The translations under genes and the position numbers were made by a program. Positions 1 through 9,484 of a DNA stretch of 64,000 nucleotides are shown in pieces (position 1 is the first letter of the stretch; each line of letters starts with the position of its first letter). The notes beneath the pieces were generated by a model that was given only the letters and a program-made list of their open reading frames with translations, was not told the DNA's origin and did no database searches. Origin of the DNA: an uncultured delta proteobacterium (lineage in GTDB: Bacteria; Desulfobacterota; WTBG01); NCBI GenBank assembly GCA_963793865.1, contig CAWCBP010000004.1, forward strand, positions 322,127-386,126. The letters are read 5' to 3'.

Positions 1-162
1 GGGATGCGCCTGCATGGTCACCCAGATGTCGCCCTCCCTGCTGTTGGCCATGACGTCACTCAGCAGGTCGCTCGCGTAACCGCCGGTAACCTCCCCCTCC
101 AGGTTCTCCCCGGCCGCCACCACCTTCAGCTCCAGTTTCTCCACGATATCCTTGAGCTTCAT
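1..162 (-). CDS. DRTGG-domain protein (partial, runs off window edge)
   Basis: Not in the ORF track. Manual translation from ATG at 162 gives MKLKDIVEKLELKVVAAGENLEGEVTGGYASDLLSDVMANSREGDIWVTMQAHP; the ASDLLSDV motif is shared with the 1929-2303 protein. Confidence 0.8.
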   Translation of the reverse strand, partial: MKLKDIVEKLELKVVAAGENLEGEVTGGYASDLLSDVMANSREGDIWVTMQAHP

Positions 163-182
163 CCCATTCCCTTCAGTGGTTA

Positions 183-1496
183 TCACGCACCCTTCTTGCG
201 AATCGAAAGAGGGGCTTTCTGAGCTATTTCAAGTCCCCTGAGCAGCGATTCCATGGTCGCTTCCCTGAGCTTGAACACGCAATCAGTGACCTCACCCCTT
301 CCCTGGATGACATCCTCGGCAAAGGATTTACAGTTCGGGGCGCCGCATGCCCCGCAATTAATGCGCGGGAGACTCTCTAAAATGGATTCCCGCTCCTTTA
401 CTTTCCTGATCGCCTCCCTGGCATCCGTGCCCAGCGGCTGCACGGGATAGGTGGACAGCTCAACATCGCATGACAGGTGGGCGCGCATCCGCTCCACTTC
501 AGCGAGGTTAATGTTTAACTTCCTCCCCAGCTGCTGAATCAGTTTCATGGCCTTGATCTTGGCCAGAAAGCGATTATCCACCGCAAGGGGGCCCCCCACG
601 CACCCGCCGGGGCAGGCCCATAATTCCAGGTAGTTTACATTGGTGATTTTGCCGCGCTCCACGTCCTCCAGTATTTTGATTACATTTTTAACCCCGTCCA
701 CGGCTATGGCATTCTCGATTTCGAGGCCGGCAATGCATGCGCCGGGGATCCCCGTGGCCACACCGAAGCCCCCCGAGTCGTGAAGCGGCTCAAGCGACTT
801 GATCTTGCGGATGGCGCTAAAGAGAACCCCGTAGATATCCGAAATGGCAATGGCACCGTCCAGGGTCGGATCCGATTTGAAGATGGGGTGATTTACGGCG
901 ATCATCTTGGCGGGGCAGGGGGTGATAAAAATGGCCCCGACATCCTGGGGGCTTATTCCCAGTATTTTGGCCTTGGCCATCTTATATGCGCCGGCGATGG
1001 CGCTGGGCGCCTCCATGGAAAGCAGATTTCCCATGAGATCGGGAAAGTTTATCTGGATCAGCCTGACAACGGCCAGGCAGACGGTTGAGATGTAGGGCTT
1101 GTTTTGAGAATAGCTCTGGAGGTGTTCCTTGAGCACCGCCGAATAAATTTCACAGGCCCTGCCCACATCATAGGCCTCGTTAAAACCCAGACCCTTAAGA
1201 CCGTTTAAAATATGGTTGGGGGTAACGCCCATGCTGTACTGGGAGTACAGAACCGGAGAAGGTATGGCGATGGTGTATTTAAACCTGGTCAGGTCTTCGA
1301 ACGACCCGGTCATGGATCGGACCGCCCGGGCGGGACATACCCGGATGCAGTCACCGCAGTCAATGCACCGGTCCTCCAGAATGAGGGCCTTGCCCTCACG
1401 GATGCGCATGGCCTCGGTTGGACACGCCCGCATGCACTGCATGCAGCCGGTGCATTTATCGGTTTCCACCTCGATGGAGTGATAATATTTGCTCAT
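183..1496 (-). CDS. [FeFe]-hydrogenase-like Fe-S protein (sensory/HfsB-like)
   Basis: Two N-terminal CxxCxxCxxxCP motifs, degenerate H-cluster motifs STVCLAV / ITPCPAK / ELWACPGGCVGG, and a C-terminal CGACGAPNC...C Fe-S motif. Confidence 0.8.
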   Translation of the reverse strand: MSKYYHSIEVETDKCTGCMQCMRACPTEAMRIREGKALILEDRCIDCGDCIRVCPARAVRSMTGSFEDLTRFKYTIAIPSPVLYSQYSMGVTPNHILNGLKGLGFNEAYDVGRACEIYSAVLKEHLQSYSQNKPYISTVCLAVVRLIQINFPDLMGNLLSMEAPSAIAGAYKMAKAKILGISPQDVGAIFITPCPAKMIAVNHPIFKSDPTLDGAIAISDIYGVLFSAIRKIKSLEPLHDSGGFGVATGIPGACIAGLEIENAIAVDGVKNVIKILEDVERGKITNVNYLELWACPGGCVGGPLAVDNRFLAKIKAMKLIQQLGRKLNINLAEVERMRAHLSCDVELSTYPVQPLGTDAREAIRKVKERESILESLPRINCGACGAPNCKSFAEDVIQGRGEVTDCVFKLREATMESLLRGLEIAQKAPLSIRKKGA

Positions 1497-1948
1497 GGCC
1501 GGTCTTTATTTCCGGTTAGGATGACCATTTCCACCCGCGTGCCCTCACCTACCACCGAGCTGATGCGCAATTCATCGGTGTTCTTCTTGATGTTGGGCAA
1601 TCCCAGGCCGGCCCCGAAGCCCATTTCCTTGATTTCCCTGGAGGAGGTTGAATAACCCTCCTGCATGGCCAGCTCGATATCCGGAATGCCCTGCCCCTCA
1701 TCATCGGCAATGACCGTGAGAAGATCCGGGGTAATGGCCAGGTGAAACGCTGCATGCCGCGCATAGCACACCACGTTCATCTCGGCTTCATAGACGGCAA
1801 TAGCCGCCCGCCTGATGATGTCATGGCTTATGCCGATGTCTTTTAAAATCGCCTTAATGCTGCTTGAAACCTCGCCGGCATGAATGAAATCGCCGCCCTG
1901 TACGGCAAACTCCCGCTCCAGCAGGGGCTCAGCTTGTTTTTCCTGCAT
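1493..1948 (-). CDS. Anti-sigma-factor-type Ser/Thr kinase (HATPase_c)
   Basis: YEAEMNVV N-box, DEGQGI G1 and GAGLGLPN G2 boxes. Start placed at MQEKQ, overlapping the upstream gene. Confidence 0.85.
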   Translation of the reverse strand: MQEKQAEPLLEREFAVQGGDFIHAGEVSSSIKAILKDIGISHDIIRRAAIAVYEAEMNVVCYARHAAFHLAITPDLLTVIADDEGQGIPDIELAMQEGYSTSSREIKEMGFGAGLGLPNIKKNTDELRISSVVGEGTRVEMVILTGNKDRP

Positions 1949-2303
1949 CATCAACTCTTTCAATACAACCGGACAGGCCGTGCTTGAACAACCTGCCGCA
2001 GGTTTCAAACATGATGTAACGGGTGCAGAAGAGCGGAATCTTTTTGGCCCGGGCAAGCTTGATCGCTTCCTCGTCAGGCCTTTTGCCCCTCACGAAGACA
2101 ATGCCCAGCAGCTCCAGCATTTCAGCGGTGCGCACCACTTGCGGGTTGGTAATCCCGGTTATGAGGAGCGCGCCCTCCCTGGCAAAGGCCAGAACGTCGC
2201 TCAGGAGGTCGGAAGCAAAGGCGCCCCTGATGGTATCCTCCATGCGGTCATCACCGACCACAACCTCCGCTCCCAAAATATCCGCCAGCTCTCTGAAGGT
2301 CAT
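1929..2303 (-). CDS. DRTGG-domain protein
   Basis: ASDLLSDVL...LITGITNPQVVRTAEM...VRGKRP pattern typical of this family in hydrogenase-regulatory clusters. Confidence 0.8.
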   Translation of the reverse strand: MTFRELADILGAEVVVGDDRMEDTIRGAFASDLLSDVLAFAREGALLITGITNPQVVRTAEMLELLGIVFVRGKRPDEEAIKLARAKKIPLFCTRYIMFETCGRLFKHGLSGCIERVDDAGKTS

Positions 2304-2332
2304 ACGCTTGAGATCTCCATGCCCGGGACCGC

Positions 2333-3520
2333 CTACCGGTCCACCTCTCCCAGGCAGATGTCAATGCTGCCGATAATGGCAACGATGTCGGCCATCATCC
2401 GCCCCTGCGCCATGGTGCAGAACGACTCCATGTTCACAAAGGAGGGGGTTCTGATCTTCACCCGGTAGGGCTTGCTGCCCCCATCGCTCACAATATAAAA
2501 GCCCAGCTCCCCTTTTGACGACTCCACGCTGCAATACGCCTCGCCTTTGGGCACATTGAATCCCTCGGTCATCAAATGGAAGTGGATGATCAATGACTCA
2601 ATGCTTTCCTGCACCAGCTCCTTCGGAGGAGGCACCACCTTGGGGCTCACGGCGTTGAACGGGCCCGAGGGCAGCCGCTCCAGGGCCTGCCTGATGATCC
2701 GGTTGCTCTGGCGCATCTCCTCCAGCCGCACCAGGTAGCGGTCATACGAATCCCCGTACCGGCCGGTGGGTATCTCGAAATCAAAGTGATCGTAGGAGGA
2801 ATAGGGATTGGCCTTGCGCAGATCCCACTTTACCCCGCAGCCCCTCAGGCAGGGGCCGGAAAGCCCCAGGGCGATGCCCTCTTCCGCTGAAATGACCCCC
2901 ACGCCCTTTGTCCGGTTGAGCCAGATCTTGTTTTCGGTCAGCAGGCGCTCGTACCCGTCAATCCGAGAGGGCAGCACCTCACAGAAGGCCTTCACCTTTT
3001 CTTCAAACCCGTCAGGCAGGTCGGCGGCAAGGCCCCCGATGCGAAAGTAGCTCTGGTTCATCCGGGCCCCGCCCACCATTTCAAACATGTCCAGGGTTTC
3101 TTCCCGCTCGCGGAAGCAGTAGAGCAGCGGCGACATGGCCCCGATGTCCAGGGCATGGGTTCCCAGCCAGATGAGATGGCTCTGGATCCTGGTAAGTTCG
3201 GCGAGCAGCACCCTGGCATACTGGGCCCGGAGCGGAACCTCCAGGTCCAGAAGCTTCTCAACCGTAAGCACGTAGGCAAGGTTGTTGATGAAGGGCGAGG
3301 TATAATCCAGCCGGTCGGTGAGGGTGATGAACTGGTGGTAGGTTTTATGCTCGGCCAGCTTCTCGATGCCCCGGTGCAGATACCCCAGCACCGGGGTTGC
3401 CTTGGTGACCACCTCGCCGTCGAGCTCCAGCACCACCCGGAGCACCCCGTGGGTGCTTGGATGCTGGGGGCCCATGTTCAGGGTTACCACCTCTGTCCTG
3501 ATGTCAGACGCTGTTTCCAT
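2333..3520 (-). CDS. nuoD: NADH-quinone oxidoreductase subunit D
   Basis: NMGPQHPSTHGVLR, GYLHRGIEK, DRLDY, C-terminal GEVDR; no NiFe CxxC motifs. Confidence 0.95.
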   Translation of the reverse strand: METASDIRTEVVTLNMGPQHPSTHGVLRVVLELDGEVVTKATPVLGYLHRGIEKLAEHKTYHQFITLTDRLDYTSPFINNLAYVLTVEKLLDLEVPLRAQYARVLLAELTRIQSHLIWLGTHALDIGAMSPLLYCFREREETLDMFEMVGGARMNQSYFRIGGLAADLPDGFEEKVKAFCEVLPSRIDGYERLLTENKIWLNRTKGVGVISAEEGIALGLSGPCLRGCGVKWDLRKANPYSSYDHFDFEIPTGRYGDSYDRYLVRLEEMRQSNRIIRQALERLPSGPFNAVSPKVVPPPKELVQESIESLIIHFHLMTEGFNVPKGEAYCSVESSKGELGFYIVSDGGSKPYRVKIRTPSFVNMESFCTMAQGRMMADIVAIIGSIDICLGEVDR

Positions 3521-3538
3521 ACTGTGCAAAGCCCCCGT

Positions 3539-3999
3539 TTATCTTCCCCGCAGCGGAAAATCTTTTCTGAGCGGATACTCTTTAAAGCCGTCCGGGGTGA
3601 GGATCCTCCTCAAATCAGGATGATCGCTGAAGGTTATTCCCAGGAGATCGTAGCACTCCCGCTCGTGCCAGTTCGCCGTCTTCCAGACAGAAACCACGGA
3701 AGGCACGGTAAGGTCATCGTCCGGGGGGAGGTCTTCATGCGCAGCCGGTGCCGGTGCTTCATGGAATAGAGGTGATACACCACCTCAAACCGGGGCGCCC
3801 GGCCCAGGTAATCGACGCCGCAGAGGTCGGAGAGGAAGTCAAACCCGCAGGAGGGATCTTCCTTGAGGAAGCGCGACACCTCGAGCAGGCGGGACAGCTT
3901 GACCCGTATGGTATGCTCATCCTTATAGACCGCCGTTTCTTCGATGGCCTCAGGAAAGGTTTCCTTTATTTTCCCCACCAGCTCTTCCAGGTCAGCCAT
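3539..3999 (-). CDS. nuoC: NADH-quinone oxidoreductase subunit C (one frameshift near 3723-3728)
   Basis: N-terminal part has [15 protein letters not shown]. After a shift at a G6 run the other frame reads [55 protein letters not shown]. Confidence 0.9.
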
Positions 4000-4477
4000 T
4001 GCTCGTTTCCCTTAAGTGTTCCTTGTCTATCTTTTTCTGAAGCTGCATGATGGCATAGAGCAGGGATTCCGGACGGGGCGGACAGCCGGGGACGTAGACA
4101 TCCACGGGGATAATCTCGTCCACCCCCTGCACCACGGCATAGGTATCAAAAATTCCGCCCGAGCAGGCGCAGGCGCCCATGGCAATGACCCACTTGGGGT
4201 TGGGCATCTGATTGTAGATCCTCCTGGCCACGGGGGCCATTTTCCTGGTCAGGGTGCCGGCAACAATCATCAGGTCTGCCTGCCGCGGCGAGGCCCTGAA
4301 AACCTCGGCGCCGAAGCGGGCAATATCATAGCGGGCGGCGGCGGTGGCCATCATTTCGAGGGCGCAGCAGGCCAGCCCGAAGGTCGCGGGCCAGAGCGAC
4401 GATTTGCGGGCCCAGTTGACCAGTTTCTCAAGGGTGGTGGTGATGATGGTGTCACCAAAACAGCTTTCTACTCCCAT
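3992..4477 (-). CDS. nuoB: NADH-quinone oxidoreductase subunit B
   Basis: [28 protein letters not shown]. Confidence 0.95.
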   Translation of the reverse strand: MGVESCFGDTIITTTLEKLVNWARKSSLWPATFGLACCALEMMATAAARYDIARFGAEVFRASPRQADLMIVAGTLTRKMAPVARRIYNQMPNPKWVIAMGACACSGGIFDTYAVVQGVDEIIPVDVYVPGCPPRPESLLYAIMQLQKKIDKEHLRETSNG

Positions 4478-4833
4478 TCCAGAGCCCCTTTCTTCCATAC
4501 ATATATAAAGCCGACCAGCAGGATGCCGATAAAAACAGCCATTTCTAAAAAGACAAATCCTTTATACTGGTTAAACTGCCGGAAGACAATTGCCCAGGGG
4601 TATAAAAATACCGCCTCCACGTCGAAGACGATAAACAGCATGGCAATGATGAAAAACTTGACTGAGAACCGCGTGCGCGCATTGCCCACCGGGTCAAGGC
4701 CGCATTCGTAGGGCATGAGCTTTTCCCGGGTCGCCGCCTTCCGCCCGAAAAGGGCCGACAGAGCGATGACCGCCCCCGCGAAGAGAACCGACAGAAAAAG
4801 AAAAATGATCAGCGGCGTGTATCCTTCAGCCAT
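4468..4833 (-). CDS. nuoA: NADH-quinone oxidoreductase subunit A
   Basis: [25 protein letters not shown]. Confidence 0.95.
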   Translation of the reverse strand: MAEGYTPLIIFLFLSVLFAGAVIALSALFGRKAATREKLMPYECGLDPVGNARTRFSVKFFIIAMLFIVFDVEAVFLYPWAIVFRQFNQYKGFVFLEMAVFIGILLVGFIYVWKKGALEWE

Positions 4834-4848
4834 GGCTGTGTCCTCGTG

Positions 4849-5529
4849 CTAGTAATTAATCGTGCCCTGCTTTCGTGCCAGTTCCCGCCCCCGGTCGATG
4901 AGCCGGAAGGCCGCCTGCTGCGCCAGCACCACGGCATCTTCCGTGGGAAGATAGGCGGGCAGGCTGGCATCGAACAGGATCCGCGCCTCAGGCGGAAATT
5001 CCTCATCCCCGTTCCAGAAAAGAAATGCCATGGGGACTTTGGGGAGAGCGGCAATGATGACACCCCGGTCACCCGCGGGCGCCTTTGTTCCTCCCAGGGC
5101 GCGACCGGCCTCTTCAAAAAGATCCTCCCGCTGCGCAAAAAAATCGAGCAGCGGCTTTTGAGATCTCCTGTCGAAAGCCGGGTAATACATGTCCCCGCCG
5201 GACAATTGTCGGAAGCTGATCCACTCACCGGCAAGCGGGCTGCCCTGCGCCTGTATAAGGTAATGCAGAATGACGAGCCTGCTCCAGAGGGGAACCTCCC
5301 CTCCTTCGCCCTGATAGGTTACCGTTATGTCGGGAAAATGTATGAGGCAGTATTGATTGAAAAAATTGAGCTTGACCAGGCAGCGCCCGTCATCTTTTTT
5401 CTCAAAAAAAGCCCCGCTTTTTCCTGCCCGCTCCTCTATGTCGGCACTTCTTAAAACCTCGCAGGCCAACGTAAAAGCATGGTCGTACGGTGATCCGGCA
5501 GGGTTGATTCCCGCATTGCGCGTGTCCAT
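4849..5529 (-). CDS. DUF3786-family protein
   Basis: LHYL...WISFRQLSGG..Y..AF, LPKVP..FLFW.GDEEFP..ARILFD, TED motifs. Confidence 0.8.
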   Translation of the reverse strand: MDTRNAGINPAGSPYDHAFTLACEVLRSADIEERAGKSGAFFEKKDDGRCLVKLNFFNQYCLIHFPDITVTYQGEGGEVPLWSRLVILHYLIQAQGSPLAGEWISFRQLSGGDMYYPAFDRRSQKPLLDFFAQREDLFEEAGRALGGTKAPAGDRGVIIAALPKVPMAFLFWNGDEEFPPEARILFDASLPAYLPTEDAVVLAQQAAFRLIDRGRELARKQGTINY

Positions 5530-5818
5530 GCGTTTTATGGCATCATTGCCCGAGAAAAAAGCTCTCTGCCGAGTAGAAATTTTCAGCTTGAAAAAATAGC
5601 GGATTTATAATAAAAACATGAAAAATTGATGAAAATTTCTAGCATATGTATATTTCCCTGTCAAGGCATTTCCTCTGTGATTACAACCGCGGCAGAGAAG
5701 CTGACTGTATCGTTTTAGAATGGGTGTGAATGGTCACTGAAATCGATGCCGGTGCTGTTGGCCACAACGCGGCGTCACCCCTTTCCGGTCATATTACACA
5801 ATGTAAAGGAGGCAGGCT

Positions 5819-6640
5819 GTGTACAAGGTACTTGACAAGCAGAAGCTGGCATCCACGGTTACCCTGCTTAAACTGCAGGCGCCGGAAATCGCCAAAAAGG
5901 TCAGGCCGGGCCAATTTGTCATCATACGATTGAATGAGCCGGGCGAACGCATTCCCCTCACGGTCAATGATTTTGACCGGGAGCAGGGCACCTTAACCAT
6001 TGTGTTCCAGGAGGTGGGTAAGACGACAAAACTGCTGGGCAGGCTCAGCATCGGCGACAGCATAACCGACCTGGTGGGTCCGCTGGGCAGGCATACGGAA
6101 ATTGAAAAATTCGGGAAAGTCATCTGCATCGGCGGGGGCGTGGGGACGGCGGTCATTTATCCCGTCACCCGGGCCCTTCACCAGGCGGGAAACGAGGTAA
6201 CCGGCATCGTCGGCGCCCGCACCAAAGACCTGCTCACCTTCACCGGGGAGATGGAGGCGGTCACCAACCGGCTTATCATCACCACCGATGACGGATCCAT
6301 GGGCAGGCACGGTTTGGTCACCGATCCCCTCAAGGAGATCCTGGAGAGCGGGGAAAAGATCGACCGCGTTATCGCCATCGGTCCTGCCGTGATGATGAAG
6401 TTCGTCTGCAAGACCACCGAGCCCTTCAAGGTCAAGACCATCGTCAGCCTGAATCCCATCATGCTCGACGCCACGGGCATGTGCGGGGTGTGCAGGGTGC
6501 TGGTGGGAGGCGAAACCAAATTCGGGTGCGTGGACGGACCGGAGTTTGACGGTCATAAAGTGGATTTTGACCTGCTTATCAAACGGCTCAATCAATATCT
6601 GGCGGAAGAAAAGATCTCACTGGCAGCCATAGAAGGCTAA
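5819..6640 (+). CDS. nfnA: NfnA small subunit of the electron-bifurcating transhydrogenase
   Basis: PGQFVI, GERIPLT, GGGVGTA and the DATGMCGVCR...CVDGPEFD [2Fe-2S] motif; directly upstream of the GltD-like gene. Confidence 0.85.
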   Translation: MYKVLDKQKLASTVTLLKLQAPEIAKKVRPGQFVIIRLNEPGERIPLTVNDFDREQGTLTIVFQEVGKTTKLLGRLSIGDSITDLVGPLGRHTEIEKFGKVICIGGGVGTAVIYPVTRALHQAGNEVTGIVGARTKDLLTFTGEMEAVTNRLIITTDDGSMGRHGLVTDPLKEILESGEKIDRVIAIGPAVMMKFVCKTTEPFKVKTIVSLNPIMLDATGMCGVCRVLVGGETKFGCVDGPEFDGHKVDFDLLIKRLNQYLAEEKISLAAIEG

Positions 6641-6703
6641 GATGAGGGTCCGGGCATCAAGTGTAAATCGACCGTTATCACCAGCGATTAAAAGGAGAAA
6701 CGC

Positions 6704-8122
6704 ATGGCGGCGGAAGGAAAAGAGAAAAAGAAGATCAACCCGAAGCGGGTGCACATGGCGGAGCAGCCGGCGGAGGAGCGGGTTAAAAACTTCAGGGAAG
6801 TCCCCCTCGGATATACCGAAGCTGAAGCAGCGGAGGAGGCGCGCCGCTGTCTGCAGTGCAAAAAGCCCGCCTGCTCAACCGGCTGCCCGGTGGAAATAGA
6901 CATTCCCGCATTCATCAGCCTGGTGGCGGAAAAAAAATTCGCTGAAGCGGCAAAAAAAATAAAAGAAACCAACAGCCTGCCGGCCGTGTGCGGCAGGGTC
7001 TGCCCCCAGGAAATCCAGTGCGAGTCCCGGTGCGTGGTGGGAAAGAAAGGCGAGCCGGTTGCCATCGGCAGGCTGGAGCGGTTTGTTGCCGACTGGGAGC
7101 GGGAAAAGGGAAAAGTGGAACCTCCTCCCCGGCCCCGGCCGAAACATAAAAAGGTGGCCGTGATCGGCTCCGGTCCCGCGGGCCTGACCGTTGCCTCCGA
7201 CCTGGTTAAGCTGGGCTACGCCGTAACCCTCTTTGAGGCACTGCACAAGACGGGAGGGGTGCTGGTGTACGGCATACCTGAATTCAGGCTCCCCAAGGCC
7301 ATCGTGCAGGCCGAGGTTGATTTCGTGGAAAGCCTGGGGGTGGAGATTAAAACCAACGCCCTCATGGGCACCCTTTATACCGTTCCCGAGCTGATGGAGA
7401 TGGGCTACGAGGCCGTTTTCATCGGCATCGGCGCCGGGGGGCCCATGTTCATGAACATCCCCGGGGAGGCCCTCAACGGGGTTTATTCCGCCAACGAGTT
7501 TCTCACCCGCTCCAACCTGATGAAGGCCTACCTCTTTCCCGCATACGACACCCCCATCAAGAAGAGCAAAAAGGTGGCCGTGGTGGGAGCAGGAAACGTG
7601 GCCATGGATTCGGTCAGGACCGCCATACGGCTGGGGGCGGAGGAGGTCTACCTTGTCTACCGGCGCTCCGAACAGGAGATGCCGGCCCGCGTCGAAGAGA
7701 TCGAGCGGGCAAAAGAGGAGGGCGCCATTTTCAGGCTGCTTACCAATCCCGTCAGAATCATCGGCGATGACAAGGGATGGGTAACCTCCATGGAATGCAT
7801 CCGCATGGAGCTTGGCGAGCCCGATGACTCCGGGAGGCGGAGGCCGGTGCCGGTTAAGGGGTCTGAATTCACCATAGAAGTCGACTCCATCATCATGGCG
7901 CTGGGCACCAATGCCAACCCGCTGCTCCCCCGGTCGACACCCGGCCTCAAGCTGAACAAATGGGGCTATATCATGACCGATGAAGAAACCTGCGGGAGCA
8001 GCATCAGGGGGGTCTACGCGGGTGGAGATATCGTCACCGGATCCGCCACCGTCATTCTGGCCATGGGCGCGGGCCGCAAAGCGGCACGGGCAATCGATAA
8101 ATACTTGAGCGGCACCGAGTGA
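6704..8122 (+). CDS. nfnB: NfnB large subunit (GltD-like NADPH flavoprotein)
   Basis: RCLQC..PAC..GCP, CGRVCPQE.QCE, GSGPAG, GAGNVAMD, AGGDIVTG. Confidence 0.85.
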   Translation: MAAEGKEKKKINPKRVHMAEQPAEERVKNFREVPLGYTEAEAAEEARRCLQCKKPACSTGCPVEIDIPAFISLVAEKKFAEAAKKIKETNSLPAVCGRVCPQEIQCESRCVVGKKGEPVAIGRLERFVADWEREKGKVEPPPRPRPKHKKVAVIGSGPAGLTVASDLVKLGYAVTLFEALHKTGGVLVYGIPEFRLPKAIVQAEVDFVESLGVEIKTNALMGTLYTVPELMEMGYEAVFIGIGAGGPMFMNIPGEALNGVYSANEFLTRSNLMKAYLFPAYDTPIKKSKKVAVVGAGNVAMDSVRTAIRLGAEEVYLVYRRSEQEMPARVEEIERAKEEGAIFRLLTNPVRIIGDDKGWVTSMECIRMELGEPDDSGRRRPVPVKGSEFTIEVDSIIMALGTNANPLLPRSTPGLKLNKWGYIMTDEETCGSSIRGVYAGGDIVTGSATVILAMGAGRKAARAIDKYLSGTE

Positions 8123-8150
8123 GGAAAGCCCCCACTGCACCATCCGTCTG

Positions 8151-8185
8151 AAGGGGAGCCGGAAATGCCCGGCTTCCCTTTTTAT
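8151..8185 (+). terminator. Rho-independent terminator after nfnB
   Basis: Hairpin aaggggagccgg-aaatgc-ccggcttccctt followed by a T-tract. Confidence 0.7.
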
Positions 8186-8221
8186 CTGTATCGCCGGCCA
8201 AGCAAGCACCCGCCATTTCCA

Positions 8222-8250
8222 TTGACACTTCAGAAATTATATTTTAGTCT
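8222..8250 (+). promoter_or_regulatory. Sigma70-type promoter
   Basis: TTGACA-17 nt-TAGTCT upstream of AGGAGGAG and the ATG at 8292. Confidence 0.6.
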
Positions 8251-8291
8251 TAATTGAGAGGTTCGTTTTAACCATTTTATCAGGAGGAGCC

Positions 8292-8777
8292 ATGGTTAAA
8301 AGAGCATTGCCCTTCAAGCTGCTGCCCTTCCTTTGCTCCTGCATGCTGGTTTTGAGCTGCCTCAGGGCTCAATCACCCGAATTACCCTACAGCAATCAGC
8401 AGAAGAGCAATCTGACCGCCGGCATGGTCAAGAAATATGTCAAAGTCGGTGTTGCCACCCAGACCGAGATTATCTCGGTTTTCGGCGCCCCCAACATCAT
8501 CACCCGTGACAAGGACGGCAAAGAGGTGTGGACCTACGACAAGCAGAGCATGGCCTCCGCGTCAGAAGTTGCGGAATGGAACGCCTCCGGGGGGGCCGGG
8601 GCCATCGCGGGAGGATTGGCGGGAGATGCGGCCATCGGCGGCGGGGTAACTGCAGGCGGTTCTGCAGGCAAGAGCAGCAGCGCAGGACAGATCAGCAGCG
8701 CCACCTTCACGCTGATGATACAGTTTGACGACAGCGACGTGGTGAAGGACTACCGCATGATGGCAACCCAGTTCTAA
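8292..8777 (+). CDS. Putative lipoprotein, SmpA/OmlA(BamE)-like
   Basis: Signal peptide with Cys; TQTEIISVFGAPNIIT...EVWTY and I.FD..DVV pattern; Gly/Ala-rich insert. Confidence 0.6.
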   Translation: MVKRALPFKLLPFLCSCMLVLSCLRAQSPELPYSNQQKSNLTAGMVKKYVKVGVATQTEIISVFGAPNIITRDKDGKEVWTYDKQSMASASEVAEWNASGGAGAIAGGLAGDAAIGGGVTAGGSAGKSSSAGQISSATFTLMIQFDDSDVVKDYRMMATQF

Positions 8778-8815
8778 CAGGCTGTTGAAAAACCACTTTT
8801 TCAACAACCTGCTAA
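8774..8815. mobile_element. Minimal IS5-like MITE/footprint
   Basis: ctaa-CAGGCTGTTGAAAAA-ccac-TTTTTCAACAACCTG-ctaa: 15-bp inverted repeats (1 mismatch) flanked by a CTAA direct repeat. Confidence 0.6.
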
Positions 8816-8834
8816 AGAGGATCCCGCTGCCGCA

Positions 8835-9461
8835 ATGAAAACAGCCTGTTCATTTCTCCTGCTGGTTTTGACAAGCATTTCCCTTGCGTCGGGCTGTGGC
8901 CAGAACAAATCCCGTTTGCAGCCACCTCCGCCGCTCTCCATTCAGCAGCGAGCAGCCATGCAGACGAAAGAGCTGGAGGGTGACTTCGACACGGGATTTG
9001 CCGCAACCATTTCAGTGCTGCAGGATGAAGGGTGGCAAATCGAAGTAGTCGACAAATCGAGCGGGATTATCCAGGCCGTTTCCCTCAAGCACCAGGACAT
9101 CATCGGCCCGCATGAGGACTGGTATGCGGAGAAGGATGCCGGCTACCGGGATGATATACTAAAAGAATCGAAGGACCGGAAAATGCCCCTGTCCGAGTGG
9201 AACCGGTGGGAGCAGCTCACCTGCCATATCGAAGCCTGGGGTGAAAACCGGATCCGGCAACGGATGACCATTACCGCATTCGGCTCTCTTCCGGCCAACA
9301 CCTTCAGCTATGCCGAGAAGAAAAAGGATAAGCAGAACATTGTAACCTCCGGCGGCAAAGAGCAGTCCCGTATAGTGGAAGATCCTGCGCGCTATCAATA
9401 TCTCTTCCAGCAGATACAGCGCGCCGTCTTTATCCGCCAGGGGCTCAAGAGCTACCGCTAA
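8835..9461 (+). CDS. Putative lipoprotein of unknown function
   Basis: Lipobox LASGC; 208-aa ORF in operon context. Confidence 0.7.
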   Translation: MKTACSFLLLVLTSISLASGCGQNKSRLQPPPPLSIQQRAAMQTKELEGDFDTGFAATISVLQDEGWQIEVVDKSSGIIQAVSLKHQDIIGPHEDWYAEKDAGYRDDILKESKDRKMPLSEWNRWEQLTCHIEAWGENRIRQRMTITAFGSLPANTFSYAEKKKDKQNIVTSGGKEQSRIVEDPARYQYLFQQIQRAVFIRQGLKSYR

Positions 9462-9484
9462 CCTTTCACAGATACAGAGGACAT

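Noticed and set aside
2333..4477. nuoBCD as a group 4 [NiFe]-hydrogenase
   Set aside because: The D subunit lacks the Ni-binding CxxC motifs and has the complex I quinone-site motifs.
5530..5818. Rex operator between the nuo and nfn operons
   Set aside because: Only partial TGTGA half-sites; no convincing TTGTGAA-N4-TTCACAA palindrome.
5819..8122. Glutamate synthase
   Set aside because: There is no gltB, and pairing with the FAD/[2Fe-2S] small subunit indicates NfnAB.
6875..8209. 444-aa antisense ORF, and similar long shadow ORFs (e.g. 40555-41874, 33968-35014, 50674-51648)
   Set aside because: They lie opposite well-conserved genes in GC-rich DNA and have no recognisable motifs.
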